Shown here piece after piece: positions 1 through 9,262 of a stretch of 62,935 nt of DNA. This DNA comes from an uncultured Veillonellaceae bacterium (GTDB taxonomy: Bacteria; Bacillota; Negativicutes; Selenomonadales; Selenomonadaceae), in NCBI GenBank assembly GCA_902766015.1, contig CACXCC010000034.1, positions 1-62,935 on the forward strand, in the 5' to 3' direction. Under the pieces are notes generated by a model. The model saw only the letters and a program-made list of their open reading frames with translations. It searched no databases and was not told the DNA's origin. The position numbers and the translations under genes were made by a program. Position 1 is the first letter of the stretch; every line of letters begins with the position of its first letter.

Positions 1-1
1 G

Positions 2-3000
2 AATTATGTGCCGCTGATCCCGGAAGGGACGCTCCCCGAGGCGATTACGCCGGTAAGCGGTCACTTAGACAGCGTTGACATGACGATTCTGAGTCATCAG
101 GGCATGCTCTCCTATACAGGAAGTGCCGTCATTTCGGACGGCGCGGCAACGGTGCGCGGTATTGACGTCACGGATCTTGCGGGCAAGGCTTCTTTTACGG
201 ATCAGGAAATCATCCTTGCGGCTGACGTCAAGGCAAATGAGCAGCCGCTTCATGCCGAAGGGCGCATCTGGTACGATACGGGGACGCCGTATCTCGATCT
301 GCGCATCAGTTCCGATGCGGTTGACCCGGCGCAGATTTTGACGAATATTCCTTACGCCGGCGCCGCGGCCGTGACGGCTCATGTCACGGGTTCCGCAACA
401 AATCCGTCCGTCGAAGGCGATGTCGAGGTTCCTTCGGGCGAAGTCATGGGTGTTTCCTTTACGGACGCCGCGGCGCATATCCGCTTTGCCGATCAGACGG
501 CGTATATCAGCAATCTCAGCGTGCAGACGCTCGGCGGCACGGTAAACGGCGAGGGCGTCATTTCGGCGTCGAATCTCGCGTATACGGCGCACCTCAAGGG
601 GCAGGGTGTCGATCTCACGTCCGTTGCGGACGTCATTCCGTCCGATCAGCTGGACGGTGTCAGCGGACTGGCTTCGTTTGACGTCGGACTCAGCGGGACG
701 GGAACGGATGTTAACACGATTCAGGCTTACGGCAGCGCTTCGCTCGCCAATGCAAACTATAAAGGTCTGCCGATCGAAGGACTCAGTACGTCGTTTGCCG
801 TTCAGGGCGACAACGTGACTGTCGATTATTTGAGCGCGCGCCTGCCGAACCGGACGACGCTCGGCGTCGAAGGGAAAATTACGAGCGGCAGTCAGATGGA
901 CTTTGCGTTCTACGGCGGCCATGTTGACCTTTCGCTGGTGCGTCATGTCATCCCGGAGGCCGATATTACGGGGCTCGGCGATTTCAAGGGAACGCTTCGG
1001 GGGGATATCAGCGATCCGCATCTCGACCTTGACCTTTCGGCCAACCGCGGTACACTTTTCAAGCAGCCGTTTGACAGCCTGGTCATCAAGGCGGGCGGCG
1101 GACTTGACGGCGTTACGGTCGATAATTTCTCCATGGAAAAAGACGGCAAAGAAACGTGGATCGTCGAAGGCACCGTCGGCCTGATCGGCGATCGGCGAAT
1201 CAATATGCGCATTGACACGATCGGTGCGCGCATGGAAGATATCGCCGCGCTCGTGGCGCCGGATCAGCCGATTACGGGTAATGTCGACAATACGATCCGT
1301 TTGACGGGGACGCTCGACAATCCGAGCGCCGTCGGCTACATTCACTTCTATCGCGGCAGTTACCGCGGCATCCTGCTCTCCGGCATGGACGGTGACTATT
1401 TTATCGATGACGGTGTCATGCGTCTGCAGGATTTCCATATTTATTCGCCGATGGTCGATATGGACCTCAACGGTACGATTGACACGGCAACGAATCTCGA
1501 CATGGTCGTCGCGGTCCATGACATTGACATGAAACGCTTCCAGAGCAAGTTCCCGTACGAAGTCAGCGGCCACGGCACGTTTGACGGCAAAATCGGCGGC
1601 ACGCTCGATGCGCCGACATTTAACGGTATGATCGACCTGCCGTCGCTCGTACTCAACGGACAGACTGTCAACCACGTTCACGGTCTCGTCAATATGCATG
1701 ACGGCGTGGTTTCCGTTGACAATTTCGGTTTTGACCAGAACGAAGGGACGTACGACCTCGTCGGTTCGTATAATATGAATTCGGATGCGGTCGGCGGCAA
1801 CGTCGTCATCCAGAATGCCGATATCAACGCGGTCTGCGCGATTCTCAACCAGAAAAATAAGTTTATCCAAGGGCGTTTGACGAGCGGTGCAACGGTCGGA
1901 GGAACACTTGACAATCCGACGGTTGACCTGCACGGCTCGATGGACAAGGGAACGGTCGGCGGATATGACGTCCATGACGTCACGCTCGCGATGACGCTCC
2001 GCGATCATTTGCTGAACGTGGATACCTGTACGGCTCGTCAGGGCGATAACGGTACAGTCAGCGTGACGGGAACGGCTTCGCTTGACGGTCCTCTTGACCT
2101 GCATCTGGCGGCGCAGTCGATCGAACTCGGGATGTTTACCAAGGCAGCCGGCATCGGTACGGCGGTCAGCGGTACGGCCGATATTACAGCTGACGTCAGC
2201 GGAACATTGGACAATCCGGCAGGAAGTGCGCAGATTACGGCGCATGACGGCGGTATCAACAACGCGACATTTGATACACTGCAGAGCAGTCTGCAGATGA
2301 AGAACGGACAGATTCAGGTCGATGAATTGACCGTCGACAAAACGGTCAACGGACAGAAATATCAGGCCGGGGCGAGCGGCATCATCCCGCTTTCGGCACT
2401 TTCGCGCAAGGAGACGCCGGGGAGCGAATACGAACAGATTCATATGGAGATCGCACTCGAAAACGCGGATCTTTCCCTGCTCCCGGCGCTTTCGCATTAC
2501 GTCGAGTCGGCCGAGGGACCGATGAAGGGCAGTCTGCAGCTCCGCGGCACGGCCGATAATCCGCTTGTTTACGGCAGTATTGCCATTCCGGACGGCACGG
2601 TCAAGCTGCGTCAACTTGCGACGCCGATTACATCGCTGCATCTTGACCTGAATTTTAATGGGGATGCAATGACAGTCCGCGATTTTTCTGGTAAAATGGG
2701 CAAAGGTACATTCCTTGTGACCGGCGGAACGAAGTGGGAAGACCTTACGCTACAGGATTATCAATTTGACCTTTCGATGCAGGGACTCGATGTCGAGAGC
2801 AGCTTCTTCAAAGGACCGCTCGACGGTACGTTTACGCTTTCGGAAGGTACGTGGTACGGCCTAAACCTGCCGAAGATCACGGGCAGCACGACACTGCATG
2901 ACTGCACGATTTCCGTGCCGTCACTTCCCGATACGGACGGCGAACTGCCGGATATCATACTTGACGTCAGCGCCGACGCCGGACGTCATGTCCGCCTTTA

Positions 3001-3712
3001 CAGTTCGTCGCTTTATGACATGACGCTCACGGGCGGCGTACACTTCGGCGGGACGACGCGTCATCCGCAGAGTTCGGGAACGGTCAGTGTCATGTCGGGC
3101 GGGACGCTTACGTACCTGAAGACGGTATTCCGCATCCGCGAGGGTACGGCGTACTTCAACCAGATCGATTCGTTCCTGCCGGAGATTACGTTCAACGCAG
3201 ACACGAAGCTCGCGAGCACGAAGGTCATGCTCGCCGTCAAAGGTCCGCTCAATCACATGGAGATCAACCTGACGTCTCAGCCGGAGCTGAGTCAGACGGA
3301 GATTATCAAGCTTCTCACACTGCGCGAAGCTTACCGCAACGGCGAACGCGGCTTTGATGCGGGCGATGCGCTTGCGCTCGGCCTGCAGATGAGTTTCCTC
3401 GCCGATATCGAGGACTCCGTACGCGATATTCTCTATCTTGACACGTTTACAGTCGCGCGGGGCAGCGGCTCACTCTTTACGCGGCGCAGAAGCGGCGAGG
3501 AAGAGCAGGATGACGAAGATGTGTATAACATCCAGCTCGGCAAGTACATCGTGCCGGACAAAGTCATGCTGCGCTATACGCAGAGTCTCGGCGGCAATGA
3601 CTCGGTTCATCAGATCGGCCTGCAGTATGAAATCAATGACCATATGGGAATCGGCATGGCGCGTGACGGCAGCGACTTCATCATCGGCGCGGGCCTGCGG
3701 ATCAGTTTCTGA
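2..3712 (+). CDS. tamB: TamB-like translocation and assembly module protein (DUF490/AsmA-like), 5' end cut by window edge
   Basis: The frame is open to the window edge and runs over 1230 aa. Composition is beta-rich (G/T/D/V/N) with recurring '...GTLDNP / GTADNP' segment ends. The C-terminal block ends ...GAGLRISF. It lies directly upstream of the bamA-skp-lpxD block. Confidence 0.8.
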   Translation, partial: NYVPLIPEGTLPEAITPVSGHLDSVDMTILSHQGMLSYTGSAVISDGAATVRGIDVTDLAGKASFTDQEIILAADVKANEQPLHAEGRIWYDTGTPYLDLRISSDAVDPAQILTNIPYAGAAAVTAHVTGSATNPSVEGDVEVPSGEVMGVSFTDAAAHIRFADQTAYISNLSVQTLGGTVNGEGVISASNLAYTAHLKGQGVDLTSVADVIPSDQLDGVSGLASFDVGLSGTGTDVNTIQAYGSASLANANYKGLPIEGLSTSFAVQGDNVTVDYLSARLPNRTTLGVEGKITSGSQMDFAFYGGHVDLSLVRHVIPEADITGLGDFKGTLRGDISDPHLDLDLSANRGTLFKQPFDSLVIKAGGGLDGVTVDNFSMEKDGKETWIVEGTVGLIGDRRINMRIDTIGARMEDIAALVAPDQPITGNVDNTIRLTGTLDNPSAVGYIHFYRGSYRGILLSGMDGDYFIDDGVMRLQDFHIYSPMVDMDLNGTIDTATNLDMVVAVHDIDMKRFQSKFPYEVSGHGTFDGKIGGTLDAPTFNGMIDLPSLVLNGQTVNHVHGLVNMHDGVVSVDNFGFDQNEGTYDLVGSYNMNSDAVGGNVVIQNADINAVCAILNQKNKFIQGRLTSGATVGGTLDNPTVDLHGSMDKGTVGGYDVHDVTLAMTLRDHLLNVDTCTARQGDNGTVSVTGTASLDGPLDLHLAAQSIELGMFTKAAGIGTAVSGTADITADVSGTLDNPAGSAQITAHDGGINNATFDTLQSSLQMKNGQIQVDELTVDKTVNGQKYQAGASGIIPLSALSRKETPGSEYEQIHMEIALENADLSLLPALSHYVESAEGPMKGSLQLRGTADNPLVYGSIAIPDGTVKLRQLATPITSLHLDLNFNGDAMTVRDFSGKMGKGTFLVTGGTKWEDLTLQDYQFDLSMQGLDVESSFFKGPLDGTFTLSEGTWYGLNLPKITGSTTLHDCTISVPSLPDTDGELPDIILDVSADAGRHVRLYSSSLYDMTLTGGVHFGGTTRHPQSSGTVSVMSGGTLTYLKTVFRIREGTAYFNQIDSFLPEITFNADTKLASTKVMLAVKGPLNHMEINLTSQPELSQTEIIKLLTLREAYRNGERGFDAGDALALGLQMSFLADIEDSVRDILYLDTFTVARGSGSLFTRRRSGEEEQDDEDVYNIQLGKYIVPDKVMLRYTQSLGGNDSVHQIGLQYEINDHMGIGMARDGSDFIIGAGLRISF

Positions 3713-3742
3713 CGATAATCGCCGAAAGGAGGTGAGCGGCTG

Positions 3743-4375
3743 ATGCAGTGGCAGGATTATATTGACGAATTAAAACGGGTCAAACTCCTTGAACCTGAGG
3801 AGGAGCAACGGCTCTGGCGCCGGTTTAAGGCGGAAGGGGATGAAGATGCCCGCGCACGGCTCATCGAGTCGTATCAGCCGCTCGTCTTTAAGCAGGCGAT
3901 GCCGTTTTCGCGGCGCGAGGATATTTTTGACATCGTACAAGAAGGAACGATCGGGCTCATTGAAGCCGTCGAACGCTACGATTACGAACGCGGCGTTGCG
4001 TTCAGCCTGTACGCCGTGCATCGCATTCGCGGGCGCATCTATAACTTCCTGCAGCGCGAAGGGGCGGCGGATATCGCCTGCCTTGACGTCGAAAGCGAAC
4101 CGGGCGAACTGACGCCGAAAGAGCAGCTCGCCGATCCGCGGCCTTCGGTCGCCTTTCAGGCTGAGCAGCACGAATTGACGGGACGCCTGTATCAGGCACT
4201 TGAACGGCTGCCGGCAAAGGAGCGGACGGTTCTGGAGGGCATGTTCCTCAACAGTCAGCCTGCGCAGGACCTTGCCGAAGGACTTCAGGTCAGTCCGTCC
4301 CATGTTTACCGTCTGCAGAAAAAGGGGATCCGCCGTGTCCGCGGTATGCTTTCCCGTTTTATGCAGAATTGGTAG
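3743..4375 (+). CDS. sigma-70 family RNA polymerase sigma factor (short group-3-like)
   Basis: 210 aa. Region 2 reads 'DIVQEGTIGLIEAVERYD..FSLYAVHRIRGRI' and the region 4 HTH reads 'QPAQDLAEGLQVSPSHVYRLQKKGIRRVR'. An AGGAGG RBS sits about 10 nt upstream of the ATG. Confidence 0.8.
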   Translation: MQWQDYIDELKRVKLLEPEEEQRLWRRFKAEGDEDARARLIESYQPLVFKQAMPFSRREDIFDIVQEGTIGLIEAVERYDYERGVAFSLYAVHRIRGRIYNFLQREGAADIACLDVESEPGELTPKEQLADPRPSVAFQAEQHELTGRLYQALERLPAKERTVLEGMFLNSQPAQDLAEGLQVSPSHVYRLQKKGIRRVRGMLSRFMQNW

Positions 4376-4533
4376 CAAAATCAAGAAAATACGCAGAGTG
4401 TTACTCGAAATCCGAATTCATCGACATTATTTTGATATATTTACCGTTTTTGCCGGATTTTCTCATGTCAGAACGGCCTGGCTTGTCGGGATTATAAGGA
4501 CATGACAGAAATCTGGTGAAAGGGGGAGATGAC

Positions 4534-5097
4534 GTGACCGATCAGCGCGGCCGGAAAACGCATCATATCCGGGCGGCGCAGCGATGGCTCGGGAAAGCCG
4601 AGTCCTCGCTTGAGGACCGCAATGACATTCAGGGAGATTTGAAACTCATGCTCGCGCGGGCGGAACTTTCCCGTGTCGAGGAAGCGCCGCGTACGGCGCG
4701 GCTCAAACGTTGGGTTCGCCGACTTTTGCCGGCAGCAGCCGCTCTCGTCATCGCGGGAGCATTTCTCCTGCCGCTGCCGCAGGCGGGTGAGGCCGTACCG
4801 GAATCGGCATCTGCCGTTCCGCGTCAGGAAAGCGTTGACCGTGTGTCAGCGCCGGCGCAAACGGAACCGGCGGCAACGTCAGTGACGTCAGAACCGGCTG
4901 TTTTGCCGGAGAAAAATCCGGTTCCCGTAACCCGTGCGGAAGAATCTTCCGCGCTGCCGAAAACGGCAGAACCGGCTCCTGCGTCAGCAGAATCCGCGGC
5001 GTCCGTGCCGCAGCAGACTCCCGTTCAAACGGCGCGCGTTCCGAGCGCCGATAAACAGAAACTCATGCAGTCCGCCGGAAAGGCGCTGCGGGAATGA
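4534..5097 (+). CDS. hypothetical single-pass membrane protein, candidate anti-sigma factor
   Basis: GTG start at 4534 follows an AAAGGGGGA RBS (the ORF track starts at 4516). It has a basic helical N-terminus, one TM segment (LLPAAAALVIAGAFLLPLP) and a P/A/S/T/E-rich low-complexity tail. The anti-sigma function is inferred only from its position after the sigma gene. Confidence 0.45.
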   Translation: MTDQRGRKTHHIRAAQRWLGKAESSLEDRNDIQGDLKLMLARAELSRVEEAPRTARLKRWVRRLLPAAAALVIAGAFLLPLPQAGEAVPESASAVPRQESVDRVSAPAQTEPAATSVTSEPAVLPEKNPVPVTRAEESSALPKTAEPAPASAESAASVPQQTPVQTARVPSADKQKLMQSAGKALRE

Positions 5098-5128
5098 CAG
5101 CAATCATCAGATTTAGGAGGTTTGACTT

Positions 5129-7204
5129 TTGAAGAAACAGAATTACCGCTCGCTGGCCTATGCGATCGCGCTGGCTACGAGCTTCACGGCACTACCCGGA
5201 ATCACATTTGCGGCTGAAGCGCCGGTAACGACGACAGCTTCCGAAACGGCGGTTTCCGAAACGGCATCTGCGGCGGAAACGGCGGCTGACGCAGGCGCGG
5301 CGGCAGGAACATCTGCTTCCGCCGGAAATGCTGTCAACGGAGCGACGGCTGCAACGGAAACAACAGGTGAAAGTTCAGTGACGCCGGAAACAACGGCAAC
5401 CGGATCTGTCCCGGATAGCGCGGCTTCGGCGCAGGCGGAAGCAGATCAGGCCAATGCGGCCGCAAAAACCGAAGCTGGTGCAGCGAGTGTCGATCCCCGC
5501 ACAACAGAGTGGGTCAAAACACGTCCCGAGGAAAAGACGATCAATGATCTCTTGAAACAGTATGAGGGTCAGACGATCGTTGACATCGTCTTTGACGGTG
5601 CCGGCGAATTGACACAGACAACGGCTAAAGCGGCTCTTTCCATGCGCACGGGTGATATGTTTACGGTAAACGGACTGAACCGCGACCGTGAAGCCATTTA
5701 CCAGACGGGCTATTTTTACGATCTTTACCCATCGTTTGAACGTGTGCCGGAAGGCGTTGTCCTGACGTATCACGTGCTCGAAAACCCGATTTTGAAAAGT
5801 GTTGCAATTACGGGGAATACCGTCGAGACGACAGAGAAACTTTCCGGTTATTTGACGGTTAAACCGGGCGAAATTCTCAATAACCGCGAACTGCATGAAA
5901 ACGTCCTCATGATTCAGGAGCAGTATCGTAAAGACGGTTATATTCTTGCAAAGATTTCAGATCTCAACATCGACCCGGACGGCAACCTGCTCATTAAAAT
6001 CAACGAGGGCAAAATCGAAGGTTTTAAAGTCAAAGGTAACGAAAAGACGAAAGAGCGCGTTATTCTGCGCGAAATGCGTCAGAAACCGGGTGAGCCGTTC
6101 AATACGAACCTTGCGCGCCGCAGTATGCAGCGTGTCTATAACCTCGGGTTCTTCGAAGATGTCAACGTCAAACTGAACCCGGGCGTCGACCCGAATGCGA
6201 TCGTCATGGAGATTGACGTTACGGAGAAGCGCACGGGATCGTTCGGTATCGGTTTCGGTTACAGCAGCGAAGACGGTATGCTCGGCATGATCAGCCTGGC
6301 TGATACGAACTTCCGCGGCACAGGCGATGCCGTCAGCATTACGTACGAGCACAGCGGCGATGATTCGGATGCCCACGGCTATACGTTCTCGTATCGTCGT
6401 CCGTGGCTCGACCAGAAACAGACGGTCGGCACGTTGAAGATTTACAACCGTACGTATTCCTACGATGACTACGATGCAGACGGTGATCTCATTGAGAGCT
6501 TCATGCGTAAATACTCCGGCGGCGAGATTACATTCGGCCGTCCGGTCACGGAGTATTCGACGGATTATGTTACGCTCAAGAATCGTAAAGATGATTACGT
6601 CAAGCACGATGATGACGGTACAGATCGAAGCGGCCCGGACCCGAAGTGGGCGAAATGGCGTAATGACAACTTCGGCACGACACGCAGCATTACGCTCGAA
6701 CATGTCACGGATACGCGCGACAACATTTACAACCCGTTTGCGGGATTCCGCGTCAGCCTGTCCGCAGAAGTTGCCGGTATGTTCGGCGGTGACTTTGACT
6801 TCCGCAAATATAAAGTCGACGGTCAGAAATACATCAAGGCCGGCCATGCACAGGTCTTTGCCCTGCGCGGACAGTACGGTTACGGCGACGGCGATATTTC
6901 CGAATACAATCAGTTCCGCGTCGGCGGCCAGGATACGATCCGCGGATATCGGGAAGAACAGTTCCGCGGCGATCATATGGCGCTTGCGACCCTCGAATAC
7001 CGCTTCCCGATCGTTTCGAAGGTTCAGGGAGCACTCTTTACGGACTGGGGCGGCGCCTGGGACAGCGGCCTGACGCCTGAAGATACGCATGCCAGTGTCG
7101 GTGCAGGTCTTTCGTTCAATACGCCGATCGGCCCGCTGCGCTTCGATTACGGTCGCGGCTCGCAGGGCGGACGTGTTCATTTCCGCGTCGGCGGCACGTT
7201 CTGA
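5129..7204 (+). CDS. bamA: outer membrane protein assembly factor BamA (Omp85 family)
   Basis: TTG start after an AGGAGG RBS. Signal peptide, POTRA-like repeats and a C-terminal Omp85 barrel ('RGY..EQFRGD', 'GAGLSFNTPIGPLRFDYG') ending in ...VGGTF. Confidence 0.9.
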   Translation: MKKQNYRSLAYAIALATSFTALPGITFAAEAPVTTTASETAVSETASAAETAADAGAAAGTSASAGNAVNGATAATETTGESSVTPETTATGSVPDSAASAQAEADQANAAAKTEAGAASVDPRTTEWVKTRPEEKTINDLLKQYEGQTIVDIVFDGAGELTQTTAKAALSMRTGDMFTVNGLNRDREAIYQTGYFYDLYPSFERVPEGVVLTYHVLENPILKSVAITGNTVETTEKLSGYLTVKPGEILNNRELHENVLMIQEQYRKDGYILAKISDLNIDPDGNLLIKINEGKIEGFKVKGNEKTKERVILREMRQKPGEPFNTNLARRSMQRVYNLGFFEDVNVKLNPGVDPNAIVMEIDVTEKRTGSFGIGFGYSSEDGMLGMISLADTNFRGTGDAVSITYEHSGDDSDAHGYTFSYRRPWLDQKQTVGTLKIYNRTYSYDDYDADGDLIESFMRKYSGGEITFGRPVTEYSTDYVTLKNRKDDYVKHDDDGTDRSGPDPKWAKWRNDNFGTTRSITLEHVTDTRDNIYNPFAGFRVSLSAEVAGMFGGDFDFRKYKVDGQKYIKAGHAQVFALRGQYGYGDGDISEYNQFRVGGQDTIRGYREEQFRGDHMALATLEYRFPIVSKVQGALFTDWGGAWDSGLTPEDTHASVGAGLSFNTPIGPLRFDYGRGSQGGRVHFRVGGTF

Positions 7205-7297
7205 TAACAAAAACCGGTGCGGCGCAGGCTCTTGTTTTTCATCGAGGCGTTGCCCGCACCGGTTTTGTACCGATGATCCGGAAAGGCGGGAAAGGAA

Positions 7298-8608
7298 ATG
7301 CGTTTCGTCATGAAACGGGGGATACGGACGATTTTTGTCCTGATGTCGGCTTTTGCGGCCGTTCTGCCGTTGACGGCAGAAGCGTCAGCGCGGATTGACG
7401 CCGTCGAAGCTTCCGTTTCCGCTCCGGATAATCTCCCGCCCCTCGTACAGCAGCGCATGCAAAAGAGTGTTGCCGCGATCGCTTCGCAACTCATCGAAGG
7501 ACGAGGCGTTGACGAGGAATTGACGTCAGCGGACGCCGATGCGGCCGTCATCCACGAAGTGTTTGATAAAGTGCTCGTCGGCTACACAGTCGAGCAGGTC
7601 GGCATCGAGCCGGGGGAAACGGCGCGCGTTTCCGTCACGCTCGTTCCGTGGGATGATACGATACAACAAGTGCATGTGACGGTCAACGTCGACGGTATGT
7701 CACCGGAAGTCGAATCCCTCGTACGTCGGGACATCGAGGGCGTCGACCGCGTGTTTGACGCGGCGCTTACGGGGCTCCCGATTGCCGCGTCCGACTGGAC
7801 AAACGGCGTACTCAAGCAGGAACTCCACAGGTACATGCAGATGCACCTTCCGGAGTTCATTGCCGACTTTGACGTCAAAGCGGACCGAACGACGGATGTG
7901 CAGCTGACGCTTTATCCGCAGCTTCCCGTCGTTCGTACGGTTGATCTTTCGATGCGTTCGGATACGGTGCCGAACATGACGCTCCTCAGTCGTCGCCCGT
8001 TTATGCAGGACAATGCCGATGAACTCGTCGGCGTCCCTGTTGCGTTTGTCACGCGCCATAAAGCGGACTTTGAAACAAGTCTTGCTTCGCGTATTGATGC
8101 GCTGCCCGATTTCCGTCAGTTCGGCATGAAGACACACGTGGCGATCGCCCCCGCGGAACGGCTTCACGTCATGAGTCGTTCGGATACGAGCCGTTACCGG
8201 TTAAGACTGGACGGCTGGACGGATATCGGGCGCGGCAGCAGCAAAGATCACGAAGACAACAAGGACTTAGTGTTCCGCCTTCATGCCGGTACGATGCTGA
8301 GTCAGCGCGACGAACTTTACCTGCAGCTTGACGTCATGCCGCAGCAGTTTGACTGGGATTGGCAGGGCGCCTACCGGCGTACGTTCGGGCGCGGTTTTTC
8401 GGGTGATATCCGCTATGACGCGCGTAAAAAGCGGTTTGACTTTGCCGCGTATCAGGAACTCACACCGCTCTGGATGCTGCGTTACGAATATCGCGGCTGG
8501 CATCATATGAGCGAGGCGGCGCTGCGGTACAAAGTGCACGATTTTTTGAGCCTCGAATACGTCATCGATCGGTATGACAACTGGATGCGTGTTATCGGCC
8601 ATTTCTGA
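7298..8608 (+). CDS. hypothetical secreted protein with C-terminal beta-barrel-like region (unknown OM protein)
   Basis: Signal peptide 'MKRGIRTIFVLMSAFAAVLPLTAEA' (ATG 7310 is an alternative start). The last ~150 aa show alternating aromatic/hydrophobic strands (WMLRYEYRGW, AALRYKVHDFLSLEYVIDRY). The terminal ...VIGHF is an aromatic OMP-type end. Confidence 0.6.
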   Translation: MRFVMKRGIRTIFVLMSAFAAVLPLTAEASARIDAVEASVSAPDNLPPLVQQRMQKSVAAIASQLIEGRGVDEELTSADADAAVIHEVFDKVLVGYTVEQVGIEPGETARVSVTLVPWDDTIQQVHVTVNVDGMSPEVESLVRRDIEGVDRVFDAALTGLPIAASDWTNGVLKQELHRYMQMHLPEFIADFDVKADRTTDVQLTLYPQLPVVRTVDLSMRSDTVPNMTLLSRRPFMQDNADELVGVPVAFVTRHKADFETSLASRIDALPDFRQFGMKTHVAIAPAERLHVMSRSDTSRYRLRLDGWTDIGRGSSKDHEDNKDLVFRLHAGTMLSQRDELYLQLDVMPQQFDWDWQGAYRRTFGRGFSGDIRYDARKKRFDFAAYQELTPLWMLRYEYRGWHHMSEAALRYKVHDFLSLEYVIDRYDNWMRVIGHF

Positions 8609-8628
8609 CGCGGTGCGCCCGGTTTGAC

Positions 8629-8657
8629 TTGAATAAGGGAAAAGACTTTGATATAAT
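8629..8657 (+). promoter_or_regulatory. candidate promoter upstream of the skp paralogues
   Basis: TTGAAT, 17 nt, then TATAAT with an extended -10 (TGaTATAAT). Confidence 0.45.
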
Positions 8658-8720
8658 GAAACAAGTTTCCAATAGGCTTTATCAGTGATAGGAAGACCTG
8701 TATAAGAAGGAGAAATCAGC

Positions 8721-9185
8721 ATGGTTACTTTACAGAAAAAAACGGTTAAGATCGTCAGTGTCCTGATCGCACTCGTATTCGTCGGCTCGGTTGTTGCACT
8801 GGCCCTGACGCAGACGGGTACGGGCTTTGCCTCGGCAGCCAGCTCGAATGTCGGTGTCGTTGATTATCGTCAGGTAGCAAGTCAGGATCCGAAAGTTCAG
8901 CAGGCTCAGCAGGATATGCAGCAGGCTGTTCAGGAAGCTCAGAAAGATTTCGAGACGAAATCCGCGAACATGAGCGACCAGGAAAAGAGCGATTACTATC
9001 AGCAGACGCAGCAGCGCCTCCAGCAGAAAAACCAGGAACTCATGGAACCGATCCAGAAGGATATCGAAGATGCCGTTAAGAGCGTAGCGGAAGCCAAGGG
9101 TCTCTCCGTTGTTCTCGAAAAGAGTACGGTCGTTTACGGCGGTCAGGATATTACGCAGGATGTCCTCAAGAAGATCAACAAGTAA
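8721..9185 (+). CDS. skp: OmpH/Skp-family periplasmic chaperone (signal-peptide form)
   Basis: 154 aa with an N-terminal hydrophobic signal ending ASA. Skp-like 'VGVVDYRQV...' start, Q/E/K-rich coiled coil and a '...KGLSVVLEKSTVVYGGQDITQDVLKKIN' end. Confidence 0.85.
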   Translation: MVTLQKKTVKIVSVLIALVFVGSVVALALTQTGTGFASAASSNVGVVDYRQVASQDPKVQQAQQDMQQAVQEAQKDFETKSANMSDQEKSDYYQQTQQRLQQKNQELMEPIQKDIEDAVKSVAEAKGLSVVLEKSTVVYGGQDITQDVLKKINK

Positions 9186-9262
9186 ACAGCAGGCAGTCAT
9201 AGTGAGCCTTGAAGTACCGAGCCGGCAACGTGCTCGGTACTACTTATAAGGAGGGAAGGTTC

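Noticed and set aside
65-2641. 858-aa ORF on the minus strand, antisense to tamB
   Set aside because: It fully overlaps a sense ORF that has clear family features. Its translation is Arg-rich and low-complexity with no recognisable motifs, and it has no RBS. It is an antisense open frame created by the codon bias of the + strand gene.
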